Assembly (NCBI GenBank): GCA_963763775.1
Contig: CAVXPZ010000004.1
Location: forward strand, 96,001-160,000
Direction of reading: 5' to 3'
Source: an uncultured Chloroflexia bacterium
GTDB lineage: Bacteria > Chloroflexota > Limnocylindria > Limnocylindrales > CSP1-4
DNA length: 64,000 nt
Part shown: piece after piece, positions 45,976-56,331 of the stretch
Position numbering within the stretch: position 1 is the stretch's first letter
Layout of the letters: each line of letters begins with the position of its first letter
Notes under the pieces: generated by a model
Told to the model about the DNA's origin: nothing
What the model saw: the letters and a program-made list of their open reading frames with translations, nothing else
The model's database searches: none
Made by a program: the position numbers and the translations under genes

Positions 45976-47578
45976 TCAGTCGCGGCCCAGTCGGATCCCT
46001 CGCCCGGGCGTGGCCCCCGTGTGTGCGCCGTCGTCGACGACCACCGTGCCGTTGACGATGACGTGCTCGATGCCGTCGGGATACCGCCGCGGCTCGTCGT
46101 AGGTCGCGTTCGAGCGCACCGTCGCCGGGTCGAAGACGACGATGTCGGCGAAGGCGCCGTCCCGGAGCACGCCCCGGTGACGCAGCCCGAGGCGTGCCGC
46201 GGCCGCGCCGGTCATCTTGCGGATCGCCTCCTCGAGCGAGAGCCTCGCCTCGTCACGCACGAACTGGCCGAGGATCCGCGGGAACGAGCCGTAGGTCCGC
46301 GGCGCCGGCTTCTCGCCGAGGAATGTCGAGTCCGTGCCGACCATCCCGACGGGGTGCGCGACGAACAGCGGCAGCGTCTCGGCCATCGGCCCGCTCGTGA
46401 CCTGAGCGACCCCGAGCCGCTCCGAGAGCAACAGGTCGCAGATCGTGTCGACCGCGTCGCGGCCGGTCTCGGTCATCACCTCGGCGAGCGTCCGCGACTC
46501 CCAGCGGAGGTTGTCCGACTGCGTGAACGCCCCGAGGCGCAGGTCGGCCCAGCCGGCCGGCCCCGTGTAGGCGGCGCCGCGCGCCGCGATCTCGACGCGG
46601 ACCCGGTCGCGCGCGGACCGGTCGGCGAGCCTCGCCTTCAGCGGCCCCGGTCCGCCCTCCTGGATCCACAGCGGCAGCTGGATCAGCAACCGGGTGCTGG
46701 CCCATTCGGACGGGTAGGTGTCGAAGGTGACGTCGAGCCCTTCCGCGCGCGCGTCGTCGATGAGGGCGAGCAGGCGGTCCGCCGGTCCCGGGTGCGTCTC
46801 GCGGTGGTAGAAGTGCGTGATGTGCGACGGGCGCGTCGGCGCGTCGCCCGATCTCGATCGCCTCGCGGAACGGGTCGAGATAGCGGTCGCCGAGCGCGTA
46901 CCGCACGTGCGTGTGGTAGATGCCGCCGGCCCGGCCGGCCTCGGCCGTGAGCGACGCCAGCTCCTCGGTGGTCGCGAACGCGCCGGGCGGGTAGTCGAGG
47001 CCGGAGCTGACGCCGACCGCGCCATCCGCCATCGCCTCGCGGAGCCGCCCGCGCATCCGGTCGACGGCGGTGGCGTCGGCCGGGGTGTCCTCCCAACCCA
47101 CGGCGTCGATCCGGAGGGCGGAATTGCCCACGAGCGTCCCGATGTTGACGCTGACCGTGCCGTCGAACCGGGCGAGGTAGCTCGCGACCGAGTCCCAGTC
47201 CAGGTCGATCTCCGGCCGCCCGTCGAGGCCGGCGTCGAGCTCCACGAACGCCTCGAGGTCCGCACGCGACGCGAACGGGGCGAACCCGTTCCCGTCGACC
47301 CCGACGATCTCGGTGGTGATGCCCTGGCGGACCTTGGGCTCGTGGCGCGGCTCCGCCAGGATGACGAGGCCGCCGTGGCTGTGCAGGTCGATGAACCCCG
47401 GCGCCACCACCCGTCCCGTGGCGTCGATCCGGCGACCGACACGCTCCGGCAGGTCGGCATCGGGCGCCAGGAGCCGCAGCCGCTCCCCGTCGACGACGAC
47501 ACTCCCGGCGCGCCCCGGAGCGCCCGTCCCGTCGACGATCGTCCCGCCCGTGATCAGGAGATCCGCGTGGTCAGCCAC
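45976..47578 (-). CDS. N-acyl-D-amino-acid deacylase-family amidohydrolase (frameshift near 46826)
   Basis: VAPGFIDLHSH, QGITTEIVG, SSGLDYPPG, HTHVR, FDTYP, RTYGSFPR, ADIVVFDP. Confidence 0.85.
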
Positions 47579-48947
47579 GTCCTGGACCGTCGCCGACCCG
47601 CGCGCCCGGGCCGGCCAATCGTCGGCCGCGAACCCACGCACCGCGCACCATGTCCGGATGCGCGCGGAAGATCAGGCGGCTCATCAGGTCCTCGGGGTCA
47701 TCGTCGGTGATCCCCGGGACGGGAGCGACCAACGACGGGTCGACGAGGATGAAGTCCGCCTCCTTGCCGAGCTCGATCGACCCGATCCGGTCCCCGAGCC
47801 CGAGGGCCAGCGCGCCGCCGAGCGTCCCGATGCGCAGCCAGTCGAGCGGGCCGAGCACCGGCCCGCCGCCGCGCCCGGCGACCTCGAGGGCGTTCTTGGC
47901 ATACGCACCGACGCGCATCGCGGTGAACATCGAGAGGTCCGGCCCGCCCGCCACATCCGAGCCCAGGCCGATCCCGAGGCCGGCCTCCAGGTACCGGCCG
48001 AGCGGCATGACCCCCGACGCGAGGAACAGGTTCGACGCCGGGCAGTGCGCGATGCGCGTGTCGGTCTCGACGAGGCGGGCGATCTCGCGGTCCGACAGGT
48101 GGACCGCGTGCGCCAGCACGGTCCGCGCCCCGAGCGCACCGGCACGGTCGTAGACGTCGACGTAGTCGCGGGCCTCGGGAAAGAGCCGCGCGACTTCCGC
48201 GATCTCGCCGCGGTCCTCGGAGACATGCGTCTGCCAGTAGGCGCCCGTCGAGGCGGCGAGGGCGGCGGACTCGCGCAGGAGGTCGGCGGTGCACGAGACG
48301 GCGAACCGCGGGGTGACGGCATAGCGGAGTCGGTCGTCATCGCGGCCATGCCAGCGCGCGATCAGGTCCGCGGTCTCGCGCAGCGTCCGGTCGAGGATCG
48401 TGGCCGGGTCGATCGTGTCGTCGTACGTCCCCCGATCCATCATCACCTTGCCGACGATCGCGCGGATCCCGTGGGCCTCGGCGGCACGGAACGTCGCGTC
48501 GAGGCTCGCCTCGTACACCGCACCGTAGACGAGGGCCGTCGTGGTCCCGGCGGCCGCGAACGCCTGCCAGGCGAGCGGCGCCAACCGCTCGGCCGTCGCC
48601 TCGTCGAAGCCGCGCTCCAGCGGGAAGATGTACCGCTCGAGCCAGGTCAGCAGGTCCAGACCGGCGCCGAGGCCCGCGTTGGGGAGCTGCGGCAGGTGCG
48701 CGTGGAGGTCGACCATGCCGGGCAGCACGACCCACGGGCGGAGGTCCACCGCCGCAGCGCGCTCGGCGCCGGAGCGCCCGGCCGCCGCGCCAGCCGACAC
48801 GATCCGCCCGGTCGCGTCGACGTCCACGATCGCGTCCGCCTCGTGGCGGGTGCCGCCGCCGTCCAGCGAGGTCAGCAGCCGCGCCCGGATCGAGAAGGGC
48901 GGCGCCGCGGGGAGCGACGCCACGCGGGCGCCGGTCGACGACGTCAT
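47571..48947 (-). CDS. guaD: Guanine deaminase
   Basis: PGMVDLHAHLPQ, LLTWLERYIFP, AVTPRFAVSCT, QTHVSE, LAHAVHL, HCPASNLFLASG, GLGSDVAGG. Confidence 0.88.
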   Translation of the reverse strand: MTSSTGARVASLPAAPPFSIRARLLTSLDGGGTRHEADAIVDVDATGRIVSAGAAAGRSGAERAAAVDLRPWVVLPGMVDLHAHLPQLPNAGLGAGLDLLTWLERYIFPLERGFDEATAERLAPLAWQAFAAAGTTTALVYGAVYEASLDATFRAAEAHGIRAIVGKVMMDRGTYDDTIDPATILDRTLRETADLIARWHGRDDDRLRYAVTPRFAVSCTADLLRESAALAASTGAYWQTHVSEDRGEIAEVARLFPEARDYVDVYDRAGALGARTVLAHAVHLSDREIARLVETDTRIAHCPASNLFLASGVMPLGRYLEAGLGIGLGSDVAGGPDLSMFTAMRVGAYAKNALEVAGRGGGPVLGPLDWLRIGTLGGALALGLGDRIGSIELGKEADFILVDPSLVAPVPGITDDDPEDLMSRLIFRAHPDMVRGAWVRGRRLAGPGARVGDGPGRG

Positions 48948-50320
48948 GCGCCGCCCACGGCCGTCGCCACGACCTCGAGGGCCTCGTCGAGCCGCTCCTC
49001 GGTGGTCCTCGGACTCAGGAACGCGAAGCGGATCGTGACCCGGCCGTCGAGCGAGGTGGTCGAGACCTGGAACCGACCCGTGGCATGCAGCGCGGCGACG
49101 ATCCGTTCCGTGGCGGCGTCGCCGGCCGCGGCCCGGAACGTGACGACCGACGTCGCCGGCGGCGACCCGACCTCGATGCCGTGGATGGTGGCGAGACCGG
49201 CATGGGCTCGTTCCGCGAGATCGAGCATCCGGTCGAGCTCGCGAGCGAACGCCGCGGTGCCGTGCAGGTGGAGCGGGAACCAGATCGCCGCGCCGCGGTA
49301 GGGCCGCGTCAGCTCCGGGCCGCGCTGGAAGTAGTGCGGGAGCCCCTCGACCGTGGGGACGTCGCGCAGGTACGCACCGGATCCCTCGTGCGCGTCGACG
49401 AGCGTCGCCGGGTCGCGGACGAGGAGGGCGGCCACCCCGTACGGGAGGAACAGCCCCTTGTGCGCATCCACCGTGACGGAGTCGGCGCGCTCGATGCCGG
49501 CGAGCCGGGCACGGCCTCGGTCGGTCAGCTGGAAGAAGCCCCCGTACGCGGCGTCGACGTGGAACCAGGCGCCTGAGGTCGCCGCGATCTCGGCGAGGTC
49601 CCGCAGCGGGTCGATGGCGCCGGTGTCCGTGCTGCCAGCGGTACCCACCACGAGGAACGGCGACCGGCCGGCCGCCTCGTCCGCGGCGATGACCGCCCGG
49701 AGCGCGTCGGCATCGCACCGACCGAGCGCGTCCACCGCGACGACCCTGACGGCCGAGGGATCGATGCCGACGAGGCGGGCCGCCTTGGCGACGGAGTGGT
49801 GCGCCCGTTCCGAGACGTACATCGTCGGCGAGCCGCCGGGCCGGGCGTGCGCCCGTGCGGCGACGATCGCGGTCTGGTTGGCGAGCGATCCGCCGGACAG
49901 GAAGACCCCGCCTGACCCGTCCGGCAGCCCGAACACCGACGCGAGCCAGCGGAGCACCCCCTCCTCGATGGCGACGAGTGCGGGCGCTTCGAACGCGGCG
50001 CCGGTGAACCCGTGGGCACCGGCCGCGAGGAGCACGGCGACCACGCCGCTGTCGAGGGCGCCGTTGGGGATGAAGGCGTAGCTCCCGGGCGACGTCTTGT
50101 CCCATCCCGTCGTCGCGGCGTCCACGAAGCGGTCGAGGAGGTCCGAGACCGGCTCGCCGCCGGGTGGCGGTGGCTGGAGCAGGGCGTCGATCAGGGCCGG
50201 ATCGGTGGCCCGGAAGGCATCGGAGCCGGCTCGCCGGTCGTGGATGCGCTCGAGCGCATCGAACACGTCGGTGGTGAGCGTCCGTCGCGCGGACGCGTCG
50301 AGGTCGAGCGGGCGATCCAC
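48944..50320 (-). CDS. Group II PLP-dependent amino-acid decarboxylase
   Basis: SGGSLANQTA, AHHSVAKAA, GTAGSTDTGAIDPL, HVDAAYGG, DSVTVDAHKGLF. Confidence 0.88.
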   Translation of the reverse strand: MDRPLDLDASARRTLTTDVFDALERIHDRRAGSDAFRATDPALIDALLQPPPPGGEPVSDLLDRFVDAATTGWDKTSPGSYAFIPNGALDSGVVAVLLAAGAHGFTGAAFEAPALVAIEEGVLRWLASVFGLPDGSGGVFLSGGSLANQTAIVAARAHARPGGSPTMYVSERAHHSVAKAARLVGIDPSAVRVVAVDALGRCDADALRAVIAADEAAGRSPFLVVGTAGSTDTGAIDPLRDLAEIAATSGAWFHVDAAYGGFFQLTDRGRARLAGIERADSVTVDAHKGLFLPYGVAALLVRDPATLVDAHEGSGAYLRDVPTVEGLPHYFQRGPELTRPYRGAAIWFPLHLHGTAAFARELDRMLDLAERAHAGLATIHGIEVGSPPATSVVTFRAAAGDAATERIVAALHATGRFQVSTTSLDGRVTIRFAFLSPRTTEERLDEALEVVATAVGGA

Positions 50321-50350
50321 CCGCGAAGGCTAGCAGGGGCGACGACGCCC

Positions 50351-50542
50351 CTAGCGCTTCTTGCCGCGAACCTCGAAGAGGTGGGCCGTCCACTCGGAAC
50401 CGCCGCGGTCGATCGTCGCGGAGCTGCCGTGCCAGCCGCACGTGCACGTGATCGTCTGATCGCGGTGCTTGTACTCGTCGATGACGTGCTTGAAGGGCTC
50501 GGCGACGGGCGTGGAGGGCTTCAGCGGGGGGCGACTGTTCAC
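50351..50542 (-). CDS. Small putative zinc-binding protein
   Basis: AGGAG RBS before GTG; H...CTCGW...W..H. Confidence 0.6.
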   Translation of the reverse strand: MNSRPPLKPSTPVAEPFKHVIDEYKHRDQTITCTCGWHGSSATIDRGGSEWTAHLFEVRGKKR

Positions 50543-50679
50543 AAAGACTCCTGCACGACGAACGACGGACACGCGGTGCGTGGGGGGTCCCTCATTGTAC
50601 TCCAGATGACCCCTGACCGCCGGCTCCGATGCCCCTGGCGACAAGAGCCGCGCGTCGATCGACGGCGCGCGGCCACCCG

Positions 50680-52258
50680 TCAGTCCGGCGACAGGTGATA
50701 CCCGAGCCGCCGACCGACTCGCGTGAGCTCGCGAAGCCACGCCGGGACCGGCTCGCCGAGCTCCTCGGCCGCCTCGCGCCGGACGATCGCCTCGCGGATG
50801 ACTCGCGCGCCGGCGTACCGGAATGGCTCGGGCGGGAACGCCTTCGCCCGCCCGCCGAGCAGGACCGACGGCGCCAGGAGGTCGTCGTCCGGTGCCTCGA
50901 TGCCCATCGGGCGGACGGCCAGCCCGGCGAGCAGCCGGCCCATGACGAGCGATGGGCCGACGCCGTTCCCCGAGTAGCCGTGCGCGAAGTGGATCGGCCG
51001 ACCCGGCAGACTGCCCACCGTCGGGAGATGGTCCGCCGCGATGTCGATCGGCCCGCCCCAGGCGTCCTCGATCCGGACGTCGCCGAGCGACGGGAACAGC
51101 CGCCGCAGGCCCGCCGCAGCGCGGGCGGCCGCGAGACGGTCGTCGGTGAAGGTCGGCCCGATCCGGCCGCCGAACCCGGCCCGTCCGCCGCCCCCGCCGA
51201 TCGCGATGCGGCCGTCCCGCGTCGTGCGCAGGTAGTGGAGCGTGAACCGCGCGTCGGCGAGGCCCTCGCCGCCGGTCCAGCCGATCTCGGCGAGGCGGTC
51301 CGGGATCGGCTCGGTGAGCACGATGTAGCTCGACCAGGTCACGAGCCGGCGGCCGAAGGACGGCCACGCGGCGGCCCACGCGTTCATCGCGACGACGGCT
51401 GAGCCCGCGAGGACCTCGCCGTCACCGGCCGCGGACGTCGTCCGGATCCGGACCGGTCGATCGGCTCGGCGGTCGGCCGCGACACGGCGGCCGCGGGTCC
51501 CTCGCGGCGGTGCCGCGCGACGACGTCCAGCCCCGAGACCGCCGGTCCAGCCGGGCCGCTCCCCGTCCAGTTCGACGACGCGGGTGCCCTCGTGGATGAC
51601 GATGCCGCGCTCGAGGGCGACGCGACGCAGCCCACGGGCGAGCAGCGCCGGCTGGACGGTGGCCGCACCCGGCATGAACGCGCCGGCGCGCAGCACCGGG
51701 GAGGTGACGCGCGCCGCGACCTCGGCCGGCGAGAGCCCGACGTACCGGTCCCCCACCCCCAGACGCTCCGCGGCCGCGACCCCGCTGGCCCAGCGATCGT
51801 CCTGCGCCGGCGCGGCGCTCGCCGAGATCGAGCCGGCCTTCGTGTACCAGGCGTCGACGCCGTGCGCGGCGCACCACGCCCCGATCGCGTCCACCGCGCC
51901 GTCCATCGCCACGCCGACCTGGAGCGCACCGCCCTCGCCATAGCGCTCGACGAGCGTCGGCAGCTCGTCCCACCAGCTCGTCACGAAGCCGCCGTTCCGA
52001 CCCGACGGTCCTCCGCCGCAGATATCCGCCTCCAGGAGGACGATCCGGGCGTCCGGCGCCAGGTCGCGGATCCGGAGCGCGGTCCACAACCCGGTGTACC
52101 CGCCGCCGAGCACGACGACGTCCGCGGTCGTCATCCCGCGGAGCGGGGGCGCGCCCTCGCCGGGCGCGCCCGGCTCGACCCGACACGCCCTCGGCAGCCA
52201 GGGCCTCGCGCAGCCACCATGCCCGCCGCGACGCGCTGGGTCGGATGCCGGCCAGCAT
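50680..52258 (-). CDS. FAD-dependent oxidoreductase (DAO/PuuB-like), frameshift near N-terminus
   Basis: WWLREALA N-terminus; GGGYTGLWTA, SGRNGGF, VQPALLARGL, WGGPID, GYSGNGVGPS. Confidence 0.85.
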
Positions 52259-52260
52259 GG

Positions 52261-53313
52261 TCAGTCGCCGGACGGCAGCAGGTCGGTCTGGAGCACGTCG
52301 TCGACCGTGACCGGCTTCGGGACGAGCCCGAGCTTGGTCATGTACGCGATCGACGACGTCCAGCCATCCGGATCGAGCGCACCGAGCCCGTGATCGACCT
52401 GCGACGGACCCGACCACGCGTCGATGGTCGCGTTGAGGATCGCCGACTGCGTGTCACTGGCGGAGGCCAGATCCGGGACGGCCTTGTAGGCCGCGTCGAG
52501 GCCCTTCTGGGGGTCCTTCGTGATGTCGTCCATCGCCCGGAGCGTCGCGGCGGTGAACGCGGCGATCGCATCGTGCTTCGCCTTGATCGTGTCCACGCCG
52601 CTGATGAGCCCGGGACCCGGGAGGGGGGTGATGTCGTCGACGTGGAGGACGGTCGCCTTCTCGCCGCTGAGCTCGAGCTGGATGGGCTCGTTGTTCGAGA
52701 ACCCGGTCGCCGCGTCCACGGCGCCCTGCATGACGGCGGCGAGCTGGCCGAAGTCCGGGTATTCCACGATGGTCACATCGTCCGGCGTGAGGCCGGCTGA
52801 CCCGAGGAGCGCCTGGAGCATGACCCAGGACGAGCCGTACTTGCCGGGGATGCCGATCTTCTTGCCCTTGAGGTCCGACGCGTCAGTGATCCCGGCCGAG
52901 GACTTCGCGAAGACGATCGACGGGAACTGGCCGTAGAGCGTGGCGAGGTACTTGATCGGGATCCCCTGGCTGACCGCCGGGATGACGCTGGTGCCGTCCG
53001 AGATGCCGAGGTCGAGCGCCCCCTGGCCGACGAGCGTCACGAGGTCCGGGTCGATCTTGTTCTGGAACTCCACCTGGAGACCGGCATCCGCGTAGTACCC
53101 GGCCTGGTCGGCGAGGTAGAAGGGCGCGAACTGGACGCTGGGGAGGTAGCCGAGGCCGACGTTGAGCTTCGTCGTGGCCGGACTCGCCGCGCTCGGCGCG
53201 GACGACGCTCCAGAGGCCGGCACGGAGGCCGACGGGCCGCCGCCGGTGCACGCCGCGACCACGAGGGTCATGGCGAGGGCGGACAGGGCGGCGAGACGGG
53301 AACGCGATGGCAC
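52261..53313 (-). CDS. NMT1/THI5-like ABC substrate-binding lipoprotein (RibY-like)
   Basis: Lipobox VVAAC; GYLPSVQFAPFY, DLKGKKIGIPGKYGSS, NNEP. Confidence 0.8.
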   Translation of the reverse strand: MPSRSRLAALSALAMTLVVAACTGGGPSASVPASGASSAPSAASPATTKLNVGLGYLPSVQFAPFYLADQAGYYADAGLQVEFQNKIDPDLVTLVGQGALDLGISDGTSVIPAVSQGIPIKYLATLYGQFPSIVFAKSSAGITDASDLKGKKIGIPGKYGSSWVMLQALLGSAGLTPDDVTIVEYPDFGQLAAVMQGAVDAATGFSNNEPIQLELSGEKATVLHVDDITPLPGPGLISGVDTIKAKHDAIAAFTAATLRAMDDITKDPQKGLDAAYKAVPDLASASDTQSAILNATIDAWSGPSQVDHGLGALDPDGWTSSIAYMTKLGLVPKPVTVDDVLQTDLLPSGD

Positions 53314-53348
53314 GAGGACCTCCGATCGATACGGGTGACTGGGGAAGC

Positions 53349-54098
53349 TCACCGGGCACCGACGAAACGGCGCTCGGCGAGGACGACGACGAGATAGAGC
53401 GCGATCCCGACGAGGGCGATCGTCAGGAGGGTGGCGAACATCAGGGGGATGTCGAAGAGCGACCCACGGGCGAGGTTGACGAGCACGCCGAGGCCCTTGT
53501 CGGCGCCGGCCCACTCACCGACGATCGCCCCGACCACGGCGAGCGTCACGCCGACCCGCAGCCCGCCCAGGATCGACGGCAGCGCGGCCGGGATCTCCAG
53601 CGTGAGCAGCACCTGGCGCGGCGTCGCGCGGAGCGCGCGGCCCAGCTCGAGGAGGCGCGCGTCGACCGCCCGGATCCCGACCATGGTCGCGACGGCCACC
53701 GGGAAGAAGACGATCACCGAGCAGATCACGACCTTGCTGACGAGCCCAGGCCCGAACCACAGCGCGATGAGCGGTGCCAGCGCGAGGATCGGCGTGGCCT
53801 GGGCCGCGACGAGGTACGGCGACGCGATCCGCTCCACGAGCGTGCTGCGAGCGAGCGCGTAGCCCGCCACGAGCCCGCTGCCCGCCCCGACGGCGAGGCC
53901 GAGGAACACCTCGAGGAGCGTCGTGGCGAAGTGCGGCAGGATCGTGCCATCCGTCCACGCTCCCACGAACCGCTCGAAGACCGTCTCGGGCGGCGGCAGG
54001 ATGAACGGCGGATAGCCGGTGATCACGACCACGGCCTTCCACACGATGACGAAGACGACGAACGCGCCGACGACCGGGAGCACCACGCCGCGCCTCAT
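53349..54098 (-). CDS. NitT/TauT-family ABC permease (RibX-like)
   Basis: ILPPP, QATPILALAPL..LWFG.G, EIPAALPSILGGLR, GAIVGEW. Confidence 0.88.
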   Translation of the reverse strand: MRRGVVLPVVGAFVVFVIVWKAVVVITGYPPFILPPPETVFERFVGAWTDGTILPHFATTLLEVFLGLAVGAGSGLVAGYALARSTLVERIASPYLVAAQATPILALAPLIALWFGPGLVSKVVICSVIVFFPVAVATMVGIRAVDARLLELGRALRATPRQVLLTLEIPAALPSILGGLRVGVTLAVVGAIVGEWAGADKGLGVLVNLARGSLFDIPLMFATLLTIALVGIALYLVVVLAERRFVGAR

Positions 54099-54862
54099 GA
54101 GGCGAACTCCAGGTGCGAGCGGATCGCGGCCGCGGTCCCCGACGCGACGCCGCCGTCGAGCACCTCGATCGAGCGAGGCCGGGGCACGCTGACCGGGATG
54201 TCCGCGACGACTCGGCCGGGACGCGGCGAGAGCACGATGACGCGGTCGGCCACGAGGATGGCCTCGGCGATGCTGTGCGTGACCATCACGATCGTCGTCG
54301 CGGCCCGCTCGCCGAGGCGGAGGAGCTCGAGGTCGAAGCGCTCGCGCGTGAGCGCGTCGAGCGCACTGAACGGCTCGTCGAGCAGGAGGAGCTCCGGCGC
54401 CATCGCGAGGGCCCGGGCGAGCGCGACGCGCTGACGCGTCCCGCCCGACAGCTCGGAGGGTCGAGCCGAGAGGGCGATCGACTCCAGGCTCACCAGGTCG
54501 GCCAATTCGTCGAGCCGCCGGGCTCGGCGCTCCTCGGGCCAATCGGCGAGCTCCAGCGGGTAGGTGATGTTCGCCGCGGCCGTCCGCCACGGAAGCAGCC
54601 GAGGCTCCTGGAAGACCAGGCCGATCCGCGGGTCCGGGCCCGTGATGGCCTGGCCGTCGAGCTCGACCGAGCCGCGACTCGGGACCAGGAGGCCGGCGAT
54701 GGCGCGAAGCATCGTGGACTTGCCACAGCCGTTGGGCCCGATCAACGCGACGATCTCACCGCCGTCCACGACGAGGTCGATGCCGTCGATGGCGACATGG
54801 CTGCCGCGGTCGCGAGTGGCGAACTCGACGGCCACGTCCGTCAGGCGCAGCTCCCCGCTCAA
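54095..54862 (-). CDS. NitT/TauT-family ABC ATP-binding protein
   Basis: GPNGCGKST, VFQEPRLLPW, LSGG, LLLLDEPFSALD, VTH. Confidence 0.92.
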   Translation of the reverse strand: MSGELRLTDVAVEFATRDRGSHVAIDGIDLVVDGGEIVALIGPNGCGKSTMLRAIAGLLVPSRGSVELDGQAITGPDPRIGLVFQEPRLLPWRTAAANITYPLELADWPEERRARRLDELADLVSLESIALSARPSELSGGTRQRVALARALAMAPELLLLDEPFSALDALTRERFDLELLRLGERAATTIVMVTHSIAEAILVADRVIVLSPRPGRVVADIPVSVPRPRSIEVLDGGVASGTAAAIRSHLEFAS

Positions 54863-56331
54863 CGGGCACCGCCCGACGACGGGGCGAGCGGTCGAAGGAT
54901 CGGCGCCGTCGCCGGGTACAGGGCGACGTACGCCTCGAACAGCCGGTCGTAGACGTCCGCCTTCGAGGGGTCCGGCGAGATCCGGTGGTCGACACCCGTC
55001 ATCGCCCCGATCGCCGAGCGGACGTCCGGGTGCGCTCCGACGCCCACGGCACCCAGGATCGCCGAGCCGAGCACCGCCGTCTCGAGCACGCGCGGGACCG
55101 CGACCTCGAACCCGGTGACGTCCGCCTTGATCGCGTTCCAGGCGTCGCTGCGCGCCGGACCGCCGCAGGTCCGCATCTCGGTCACGCGGACACCGGCCGC
55201 GAGCATCGGCGCCGAGACGTGCCGGATCGCGAGTGCCGACGCCTCGAGGATCGCCCTGGCCAGGTGGCCGCGGCCGTGGGCGAGCGTCAGGCCGGCGAAC
55301 ACGCCACGCGCCGACGGGTCCCAGACGGGCGATCGCTCCCCGGCGAGGTACGGGAGGAAGACCAGGCCATCGGCGCCCGGCGGCGTCGCCGCCGCCTCGG
55401 CCAGCAGGACCTCGGTCGTGACGGTCCCGCCGAGGATGGCGTCCCGATACCAGTCGAGGGCACGGCCCGTGGCCGCCATCGCGGCACCCACGCTGAACAG
55501 GCCGGCGAGCGGCGCCGGCGTGACGAACCCACCCGGCACGTCCACCGGCCGGTCCCAGTAGACCCCGAACCCGCCCGCTGCGCCGCCAGGATCGAACGCA
55601 TCGCCGGCCTCACGAAGACCCGCACCGTGATAGCTGGCGAACGCGTCCACGGTCCCCCCGACCACCGGGATGCCGGTCCGGAGGCCAAGGGCGTCCGCCG
55701 CGGCTGCGGTCAGCTCGCCCACCCGCTCACCGGTCCGTCCCACGGGTGGCAGCTTGGCCGCGGGGACGCCGGCGTCGGCCGCCACGCTCGGGTCCGGGAC
55801 GAGCTGGTCCGGGATGAGCGGCGCGCTCGCCACGCCCGCGAGCCGGAACGCCAGCCACTCCCAGGTCGAGAGGTACCAGCGCGTGACGGCAGCCACCGCC
55901 GGCTCGTGCCGCTCCACCCACAGCGCCGCCGGGAGGCCGCCCAGCGCCCAGCCGCGGATCCCGGACGTCGCCGCCAGCTCCTCGGCCTCGGCGGTCGATC
56001 GAGTGTCCAGCCAGGTGATCGCGGGACGGGACGCTTCCCCGCGGTCGTCGACCGCGACGAGCGTCGGCCCATGGCCGTCGACGCCGATGGCGATGACGTC
56101 GGCGAGTGCCGCCGGGTGCAACGAGCGCACCGCGCTCACGACCGCCGACCACCACGCCCCGGGATCCTGCTCGGCCCATCCGGTGTCCGGCCCGACGGCC
56201 ATCTGGTACCCCGCCCGACCCAGCCCGAGCAGACGACCGTCGAGCGTGACGAGGCCCGCCTTGACCTCGTTCGTCCCGAGGTCGATGCCGAGGACGGCTG
56301 ACTGCCGGCGGTCCGCCTCGCGCGCGCTCAT
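54859..56331 (-). CDS. FGGY-family carbohydrate kinase (xylulokinase-like)
   Basis: LGIDLGT, EQDP..WW, ITWLDTR, FLPYLAGERSP.WD, GGPARS..W..IKADV. Confidence 0.88.
   Translation of the reverse strand: MSAREADRRQSAVLGIDLGTNEVKAGLVTLDGRLLGLGRAGYQMAVGPDTGWAEQDPGAWWSAVVSAVRSLHPAALADVIAIGVDGHGPTLVAVDDRGEASRPAITWLDTRSTAEAEELAATSGIRGWALGGLPAALWVERHEPAVAAVTRWYLSTWEWLAFRLAGVASAPLIPDQLVPDPSVAADAGVPAAKLPPVGRTGERVGELTAAAADALGLRTGIPVVGGTVDAFASYHGAGLREAGDAFDPGGAAGGFGVYWDRPVDVPGGFVTPAPLAGLFSVGAAMAATGRALDWYRDAILGGTVTTEVLLAEAAATPPGADGLVFLPYLAGERSPVWDPSARGVFAGLTLAHGRGHLARAILEASALAIRHVSAPMLAAGVRVTEMRTCGGPARSDAWNAIKADVTGFEVAVPRVLETAVLGSAILGAVGVGAHPDVRSAIGAMTGVDHRISPDPSKADVYDRLFEAYVALYPATAPILRPLAPSSGGAR

Noticed and set aside
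47571-50447. 958-aa ORF, and similarly 38518..41415 and 54859..56853
   Set aside because: The N-terminal parts are Arg/Pro-rich off-frame read-through over the upstream gene; the real starts are 48947, 38985 and 56331.
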